Below are positions 54,789 through 64,000 of a DNA stretch of 64,000 nucleotides, one piece after another; positions within the stretch are counted from its first letter, which is position 1, and every line of letters starts with the position of its first letter. The position numbers were made by a program, and so were the translations under genes. This stretch comes from Eledone cirrhosa (taxonomy: Eukaryota), in contig OZ024742.1 of NCBI GenBank assembly GCA_964016885.1, positions 91,698,001 to 91,762,000 on the forward strand. The letters are read 5' to 3'. The notes under the pieces were generated by a model. It did no database searches, was not told where the DNA came from, and saw only the letters and a program-made list of their open reading frames with translations.

Positions 54789-55178
54789 ACGCAAACACTC
54801 CCACCCAGCTAAAAAAGTAAAAGTGATGTCATACAACCCACTCAAGGACACAGTATAAATATATAGGTAAATTCATTCAGACGAAACAGGTATTGAAAAG
54901 GTTGACGATGTATTTTATTTATTTATTTATTTGTGTTCTAGCCGATGACGCCATGCTGGGGCACCACCACTGATGCTACCTATTCTATAACCAGCCTAAC
55001 CTGGTTGGCCACTGATGCAAAAAGGAGTTTGTTGTATCTGCTCTTATTTGTGCTTCGCCTGGTGCTGTCGGTTCATCCAGGATCCTGGTCAGTAGAATGT
55101 CCAAATGTCTCTTCAAAACATCTACATGCAGATCTACATGTAGATTTCACAGATTTTTTGACAGCTTATATATACAGG

Positions 55179-55212
<34 letters not shown>

Positions 55213-55359
55213 CATATGTGTGTGTGTGTCTGTGTGTGTGTGTACATACATTGACGTGTGTGTGTCATACACTTATATGAATGGGTGAGTATATGTATGT
55301 TTTTGTTAGATAAAAGTAATTGCATATGTAAGTATATCTTTATATATATATATATATAC

Positions 55360-55438
<79 letters not shown>

Positions 55439-55631
55439 TATATATAGTTATACTTGGGGAGGGTCATATTTGTGTAATATTGCCAGAATTAATAACAGAA
55501 CACACTCACTGTTTGGTTGGTTTTCGCTTCTCGCTGTCTTTTATATCTGCGATCTAACTTAATCGGTCCTCAATGTTGCCATTGGCTGACCGACGGTCAA
55601 AAATAATACAGATACAATATAGACACAAACA

Positions 55632-55940
55632 TGCAGAAACATGACAACAACATACATAGGCGAAACAGCTCGTAGCATAGGTGAAAGGATAGACCAACAC
55701 TGGGGGGAACTAAAAGGACGAAAAAACGGGTCAGTACTATACGAACATGCTAGACAACAACATGACGGTAACATAGACAACATAGAAATTAGAATAATAT
55801 CTAAACATAGGAATGACCCAGAAGATAGGCAAATCAGAGAGGCCAGTGAAATAGAAATTAGAAGACCAAAGCTAAACAGAAAGAATGAGTGGAACAACAA
55901 CAACACCCAAACAAACAACACTGACCTAAGAGGAGTATAA
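55632..55940 (+). pseudogene. GIY-YIG endonuclease C-terminal half
   Basis: YIGETARSIGERIDQH...SVLYEHARQQH...RQIREASEI...LNRKNEW, open but 5'-truncated. Confidence 0.9.
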
Positions 55941-56357
55941 ATAAGTAAATAAAATAAAAATAAAATAAAATAAGATAAATAAATACATACACAAGCACAA
56001 TAACAACAAGCACATAAACACACACTAGTCACCCAGCAGACACAACACTATACACACTAGTCACCCAGCAGACACAACACTATACACACTAGTCACACAG
56101 CAAACGCAACACTATACACACACGCAAACGCATGCGCAAAGAAGACAAAATAAAATAAACAAACAAGCAAATAAATAAATAAATATATAGACAGACTGAA
56201 TAAAAAATGGCGTAGACATACAACACAACAGGAGGAAAAAATATAACACCACTGACGATGTTGCAGATGTGCAACGAAAGATTTATGTAAATTATGTAAA
56301 CTATATATATGTGTTTGTGTCTATATTGTATCTGTATTATTTTTGACCGTCGGTCAG

Positions 56358-56404
56358 CCAATGGCAACATTGAGGACAGATTAAGTTAGATCGCAGATAT
56401 AAAA
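56358..56404 (+). promoter_or_regulatory. Putative pLTR Pol II promoter (CCAAT + TATAAAA)
   Basis: CCAAT at 56358, TATAAAA at 56398, ATG of the conserved peptide at 56476; mirrored on the minus strand in the left arm. Confidence 0.5.
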
Positions 56405-56541
56405 GACAGCGAGAAGCGAAAACCAACCAAACAGTGAGTGTGTTCTGTTATTAATTCTGGCAATATTACACAAATATGACCCTCCCCAAGTATAACAATA
56501 TATGTTTCGACACACGATTTGATATAAAAAACCTCGCTAAA

Positions 56542-56653
<112 letters not shown>

Positions 56654-56818
56654 ATTTTATGAAATGGAAATGCGGGTATACAGAATTTATTGGGTAACAA
56701 TTGTTTCTATAGTGTATGGGTTACCTATACCTCGCTATTTGAATAATATAAAAATATTATCAACGTCGGTTGACTCCATCCAATGCAACTACTTAGTAAC
56801 ATTGGAATACAAATTTAC

Positions 56819-56849
<31 letters not shown>

Positions 56850-57061
56850 TGCGTGTGTGTGTTTCTGAGGAAGACAGACGATTGAGAGGAGAAATAGGTA
56901 GTAACTTAACCATTACCATGCTAGTCGGTACATCGATCTATCGATCCACTGAAACGAACTAAATATATAACCAAACCTGACTTATGTTTTATTTTTCTAC
57001 TGTTCTATGTACTAGTGCCCCAGCATGACCTCACCTGCATGGTTGGAACAGGTAAAAGAGT

Positions 57062-57480
<419 letters not shown>

Positions 57481-57604
57481 CATATATACACATATAGATA
57501 TACACATAGATATACACATATATACACATATAGATATATACACATATATATATACACACAGACGTATTCACACAAACCAAAACACCCCCACACACACACA
57601 CATG

Positions 57605-57636
<32 letters not shown>

Positions 57637-57759
57637 AAGCTAAGTTCAAATCCTGTTCCCCCTGAAGGCTGGACAGACATCTCAAGAAGTGTAACTGGCC
57701 AAAAGCTGCTCATTTTGAAATATTATCATGATGTTTTCTTTTTCCTGCTACTAACGGAA

Positions 57760-57865
57760 ATAATTGTTTCTACTTTTGGCACAAGGCCACCAATTTTCTC
57801 AGTGTATTACTGGTACTTTATTTTATCGACCCCGTAAGGGTGAAAGGCAAAGTTAACCTCGGCGG
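57760..57865 (-). mobile_element. 5'-truncated SINE family A
   Basis: TSD CGGAAATAAT. Confidence 0.85.
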
Positions 57866-57919
57866 AAATAATGAAATAATGAGTAGGAGACATACATACA
57901 TAAATGTATACGTACATAC

Positions 57920-58720
57920 ATACATGGTGGCTGCCAACTCGTTTTCGAGTACGGCCACTACTTTATATCCATGTAGGAGAACCCCTACCGATGCGCTGAA
58001 CGAGTGTGACTTTTTACTCCAGCCAGCGACATGAAAACTCTGGTACAAACACTACACTTGTGACAATTAATGACACATAGGGCTGGGCCCATGGTACCAT
58101 GTGACGACAAGTGCAGAGAGATCTCCAGATATAAAACAATGCCTGTGCCGTGAAGCTTTTATAGTGAGCAAAGGCACTGCACAAAGCCAGTCCCACTCTC
58201 TTAACCAAGATGATATTTACCAAAAAGAAGAACAAGTCAATATCATTGGATACCATCAGGATTGCAGGTGTTATATCAGAATTTTCCTTCTCCTAGAATT
58301 CTGCCTTGACAACGGCTAAGGGGTCATTTCTCCCGGAGACATACATAAATACATACATACATAATGATGATGGTGGCTGCAACCCAATTTGGAGTAATGC
58401 CATCACTTGATACTTAAGCATAAACATCACTGACGTGCCCAGCCATGCATCGCAAATAAATGTCAAGCGATGCCTGTGCTTGGAGATTTTTAGGTGAGGA
58501 ATGGCTTTGCACGAGGCCAATCCCACTCTCTGAACATTGAATACATTTCCCCAAAACGTAGAACTGGTTTACATCATTGGATGCAAACGAAGACGCAGGT
58601 TTTATATCAGAGTGGGCTTGTTCTATAGAGATGTTTTAATGATGACTAAGAGTCTCTCACCCCCACCCCAAAAAATATTTATTGGATGGCCGTTGACTCT
58701 CCTGTGTTCCTCCGCCCTTT
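57920..58720 (-). mobile_element. Two tandem bipartite RTE derivatives
   Basis: Each has GAGAGTGGGA.TGGC...GCACAGGCAT and a GCAGCCACCAT tail; the first keeps the C2H2-like CSVCTRVFMSLAGVKSHTR. Confidence 0.65.
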
Positions 58721-58789
58721 GTCAGGTTTTGTTTTTTTACCCCGCATGGTGTCCAAAATCACCCTTTTCGCCAAGCAAGCTTGGTGGTG

Positions 58790-59916
58790 TTGCATCATTT
58801 TCTACAATCACAAAAACATTATCAGGGTATATAAAGGAGCTAGAACCAAATGGGCAAAGATGGTAGAAAATGATGCAAATAGAACTTTCCCCATGTATAG
58901 GAACACATTTTGGAACAGAATAGAAAGAATTAGGAATAAGGCAAATAAAATAAACTCATGGTATGATACAACCCCTAGACGCGAACTAGCTTATAAATTT
59001 AGAAGGGCCCTAGACAAGCTCAAATTAAAGATTAAGCTAGTTGAAAGACCAGGTATTCCCATAAAAACCCTAATTAGCAAAACATACCCATTTCAAAGAT
59101 CCCCCTGTGCTGATAGGAAATACATATTCTGCAAGCTAAGCCTGCAAATTAACTGCAAAACTAGGAACGTAGTATATAGCATAAGATGTACTGAGGGACA
59201 GTGTAGGAATTAGAATATAACATACATAGGTGAAACAGCCCGTAGAATAGGAGAAAGGATAAGTGAATACTGGCGAGAACTCCAGGATGGGAAAAACTCA
59301 TCAGTACTCCCCCAACATGCCAAAATAGAACATAGGGGCACATTAGAGAACATAGAGATAAACATTATATCCACACGTAGAAAATATGCAATGCTCAAGA
59401 AAATCACAGAGGCAACAAATATAAACGAACTCCAACGAAAATTAAACATAAAACATGAATGAAATAGTAGCATCACAACTAGTAATTAAGGACAAAATGA
59501 AGACTACCGACACACACAAAAACCAAACTAACAAAACACAACAGACTCACACGGTTAGAACAAACAGCCAAATAAATAAACACATAAATGAATAAAAGAC
59601 ATGTAATGCATGCGCAAACAAAGCACACAACACACAAACACAAGATGGTGTAGGACAGAAAAAAGGAGAGACACACAAAATAAAAACCTAGTCACTGAGG
59701 AGGTCACAGAATGTGTGACGAAAGAGCTTTGACAATATATAAACAACCTTCCGGTTATCGAACCAACCAACCAGCCGGAAATTTATAATACCAACAAGTG
59801 AAAACCAACAGGTGCGTGTGTTTTATTGGCAACATGACCCTCCCAAATTATAATAATATATGTTACAACACACGTTTTCAGATAAGAAATCCCGCAAAAC
59901 AAATTCAAAACCGAAT
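58790..59916 (+). mobile_element. Decayed Penelope-like element 3' part (linker, GIY-YIG, HHR, pLTR)
   Basis: PMYRNTFWNR...SWY..TP...VERPG...NCKTRNVVYSIRC...YIGETARRIGER; HHR at 59691-59733; tail MTLPNYNNICYNTRFQIRNPAKQIQNR. Confidence 0.9.
59691..59733 (+). ncRNA. Hammerhead ribozyme motif in pLTR
   Basis: GTCA-CTGAGGA-G-GTCACA GAATG TGTGAC-GAAA-GAGC-TT-TGAC. Confidence 0.72.
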
Positions 59917-60019
59917 TATATATATATATATGTGTATGTGTACATATATATATATTGAGTAATATATATATAATATATACACCAAAACGTGTATATATAT
60001 ATACATACATACTTATATA

Positions 60020-60733
60020 TATGAATGTATATATAGTGTATTTTGCAATATACTGTATGCTTAATTAAAAGCATTTTGAAGACCTTACGCTATTGTTTTA
60101 AAGTAGCGACTATGTCACTTACTTCTATTTTCAGCAAACAAGGGGAGATAAGCTGACAGAGCTCTTTTTCGTACTGTTGGTACTTATGAAAGCCTAGCAC
60201 TCCTCCTGTTTGCTAAAAATTATGAATGTTGGATTCTTATCGAATTCCAGTAATAATCAAGAACTGATCATTCAGAGCGGTTGCCGGTCCGGCAAAAATT
60301 GAAAATTAGAATTGGTGCTCTGAAATAGCGATATATATATAAATGCATATATAGTGTATTTTGCAATACATTGTATGTTTAATTAAAAGCATTTTGAAGA
60401 CCTTACGCTATTGTTTTAAAGTAGTGACTATGTCACTTACTTTTATTTTCAGCAAACAAGGGGAGATGAGCTGACAGAGCTCTGTTTCGTACTGTTGGTA
60501 TTTATCAAAGCCTAGCACTCCTCCTGTTTGCTGAAAGTACCAACAGTACGAAACAGAGCTCTGTCAGCTTATCTCCCCTTGTTTGCTGAAAATAGAAGCA
60601 AGTGACATAGTCACTACTTTAAAACAATAGTGTAAGGTCTTAAAAATGCTTTTAATTAAGCATACAGTGTATTGCAAAATACACTATATATACATTCATA
60701 TATATATCGCTATTTCAGAGCACCAATTCTAAT
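60020..60733. mobile_element. Tandem plus inverted array of an HHR-bearing unit
   Basis: Two minus-strand copies 318 nt apart and one plus-strand copy from about 60535; consensus AGGCT-TTGATAA-GTAC CAACA GTAC-GAAAC AGAGCTCT GTC-AGCTT. Confidence 0.85.
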
Positions 60734-60744
60734 ATATATGTATA

Positions 60745-60888
<144 letters not shown>

Positions 60889-63344
60889 CACGTTTCGGTG
60901 TATAAATTATATATATATTACTCAATTGCCACAGAAGCGTTTCAATCGGATCAACAACTTGTAAGATATTTCAAGAGAAGTTGGGCAAATATAATTATTT
61001 ATAAATTTCATTGTATTTATATTTCTACATAGTTAGTTTAAGGAGTCGTGAGAACTTGAACTTTACATGGGGAAATTTCTCAAGAAATGAAAAGCCCCCG
61101 ATTTGATATGATGAATATTCTGACATTGCAGCCCGAGTTTGTGGCTCTGCTGAGATTTGAAATCTGTATGTTGTGTTGTCAGAAACGAAAATTTTGAATT
61201 CAATCTTTTGTTTGAATATATATAAACTTTTGTCGACCTTTCAAAAGTCATATTACAATTACAAACAATATGTCATGGAAACTGCCCTTCCTCTTATGAC
61301 TAATCTTTTAAAAGTAAAAGTAAACTATTTGTCCTAATAACAAAGAAGAGACGAAATAAACCTTATAGAAATTCTATGTAGTTCCCAAGTAATAAAGTGA
61401 AATTACGTCATCATAGGCGGTGAATTAGCAGAGTCGTCATGACATAGGATTAAACATCTCGGTATTCATTCTGGCTCAATATGCTCTGAGGTCAATTCGT
61501 TTTGAGGTTGGTAAATATAGTATCAGTTCAAGGAGTTGTTCGATTAGCAAATTGTTAAAAAGTAGAACGAGAAACTTTGTGATATCTGATCCAGCTCTGT
61601 GAGACAATAGAAAACCAATGAAAATATTGTCCGATCTGACTATTGGCTTCCATGTTCTCGTCATTTGGAGATCGAAACTGGTTTGCAGGCTCGACCACAT
61701 CATGTGTTGTTTGAATGGTTTAATCATGAGGAAGAGTTATAACTGATGTGATTGACAAGATTGATCCTCACCGTGCCGTGACTACCTGACTCGAAGCATG
61801 TACAGAAAACAGTGTGAAGGTTTACATCCCCGGGGATTTCTTTGGTTGTGTCGATGAACTGGAAACTTTTGCACCAACAATAAAAAAGATATAATACATT
61901 ATATCCTCTCACGAGTCGATTGTACGTTGGAGATTTGTTCCGCATTGTTGCATTCTGAGTTCAAATCCCGCCAAGGTCATGTCATCCTCTCGGAGCCCAT
62001 AAAAAAAGTACCAGCCCACTGTTGATGTCGCCTTATCTCCTTCCAGCTGCCAAACTCTGGATGTTCGGCTGGAAAGTAATGGGCGCCACTATGTTTGCTT
62101 TCCTCCGATACGCTGTACAGAAAGGTTATTATTTAGCTCTAATCTACCAGATCTATGATCCCTTGTATTCCAGCTACGACTATGTCATCTTTTATTCAAA
62201 TATAGTGTAACTAGTATTACTTCATCCAAAGTCTCCCCCTTTTATGAGAGTAGGGTGTTATTTCAGGGAGATTTGAATGATATTTCTATCAATTCGAGTT
62301 ACTACATAAAGACGTCCACGCTGGCTTGTCTAGGAAAGGGTCTCTTGTTGATTCGTGTAGGGAGGATTGTAGAAAGTGTTTGTTATTATGCTGGGGATGA
62401 GATATGGGTTTGGTGAGAGATCGTGACTTTAGTGTAACAGGCTTGCTTACATGGAGGTTGTTAGAAGTTTGTGTATTAAGATCTAATACGAATGGACTCC
62501 TCAGAACGTCAGATTAATTTCTTCGGTATTTGTTTCGATCTCTACCTTCAAATATCGCCAAGGTTCACTATGCCTTTCATACTTTCGGGATAGATAAATA
62601 AAGTATCAGTCAAGAGAGGATGGATTTGCGGAATTGTTAAAAAGTAGAGTTCGATGCTTTGCGGCATCTGACTCAGCACTGTGTGTCCTAATTTCAATTC
62701 ATACAAAGGTCAACTTTGTCTTCATTCGGGTTTGATGAATAAAATGAAATTCCGTAGGAAGTGGGTTGGCGGAATCCTTAATGAGCCAAGGAGATACTTT
62801 GTAGAATGTTACCCAACTCTGTGTTTTGAGCTCAAATCACTCCATTTGTTTGCCATGAGTTGCGTCCAGCAGATTGTTTCATCGATGGAAAGATCAACGA
62901 AAACGTCGTTCCTTTGGTCCGATCTGCTAATCGGTTGCCTTCCATTCTATTCTACAGGATGATCGGAAAAGAGAAGCAACTTTATTTAGTTTTTCTAATT
63001 AATGTCCATTATGTTATTGACTGAACTTTCGTTGCACTAATTAGGCAGAAATAAGTAGCGAATTAATTGGCAGAACCTATATTAAAAATCCATCGGAATA
63101 CCCATGTGACCAAGGCTCAAAACAAAAGAAAATATTTCTATACGTTTTACGAGCAACAGGAACATAGATGGAATTGATATATTTATTAATTGATGTATAC
63201 ATGAATGTAATATAAAATAAATCTATATTATAAATGGATGCATAAAAAATCCCTATCTATCAAACTAATCTCCCTCTCTTTTACTCTCTCTCTCGCTCTG
63301 TATGTGTGACCTGGCTAACGGAGACGTTGTTTCATGATCATGGT

Positions 63345-63715
63345 ATCGGTGCTTAGCAGACAGGCCCACTATAGTAGATCAGTATCTGGTGTATGAAACC
63401 TCCATGTGATAATGAGAATGAAGTGCAAGCATTGTTGATGGAAACGTTTGAGGCGCTGGATATGCACACAGAATTTCGTCCATGTCTCACATCCCTATAG
63501 CAAGCCTGTAAGCACACTTGCTTGGTATATTTCAACTTTCGTGCGCACACGTACATCAGACTGTGACCACATCGCTTTCCAGCATAATAAAAACACCTAG
63601 AGCTTTAGACAGCTGGCAGCCGACCTCTTCCTCAATGGTACTGGTTCTAGTGAGAGTAATACCCAATTATACGAACCTATCCACAACCGTCAATATTTTC
63701 CCTTTGAATTGATGT
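63345..63715 (-). mobile_element. RTE-BovB-like LINE fragment
   Basis: TVVDRFV.LGITLTRTSTIEEEV...KVEIYQASVLTGLL.GCETWT...LKRFHQQCL. Confidence 0.8.
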
Positions 63716-64000
63716 TAGAATATATGGCTTTCTAAGTGCATGTTAGTACATCAGCCGAGAAGCAGCCCATCAAAAGTTGAATGATTTCATTCTGTAGTTC
63801 GATAACATAGATATAAGCCATAATCGGTGTTGCTGAATGCATTTAAAACAACAACCGCAAAGAAGATGGCAACCAAATTGAGAGCGAGCAGGTTACTCTG
63901 TTTACAGCCGTCTCAACTGAGAAAGGTTCTAGGAGTGACCGTTAACTCAAAAAGTTGTTTGTTGAAAGACGGACAAGCATCACCAATGTTTATTACTTCA

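Noticed and set aside
61724-61945. Possible CR1/L2-like 3' peptide (LYLFY)
   Set aside because: Too degenerate to assign.

Overview
AT-rich, microsatellite-saturated animal genomic DNA. The repeat content (one very abundant tRNA-headed SINE, RTE/R4/Tx1/CRE LINE debris, dense (TA)n/(CA)n) looks like an octopus-type cephalopod genome, which is an inference. I find no convincing host protein-coding gene: most long ORFs in the track are microsatellite artefacts, and the remaining protein-like ORFs are transposon fragments. Recognisable elements: a Helitron helicase remnant; a young, GC-rich, 5'-truncated Tx1/L1-clade LINE (4072-6230, minus); R4/Dong, CRE, RTE-BovB, RTE-X and Rex3-like fragments; three GIY-YIG (Penelope-like element, PLE) fragments; hAT, mariner and piggyBac-like MITEs; and about 20 SINE copies. 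The most striking signal is a set of more than 15 type I hammerhead ribozyme (HHR) motifs from many unrelated sequence families. Nearly all lie in short inserts within (TA)n tracts, many form fold-back hairpins that turn at or near the ribozyme, stem III is often palindromic, and two families show a compensatory U3:A8 core. Three PLE termini also end in a codon-conserved N-terminal peptide (MTLPKYNNI...). All calls were made by eye; coordinates of decayed elements are approximate.
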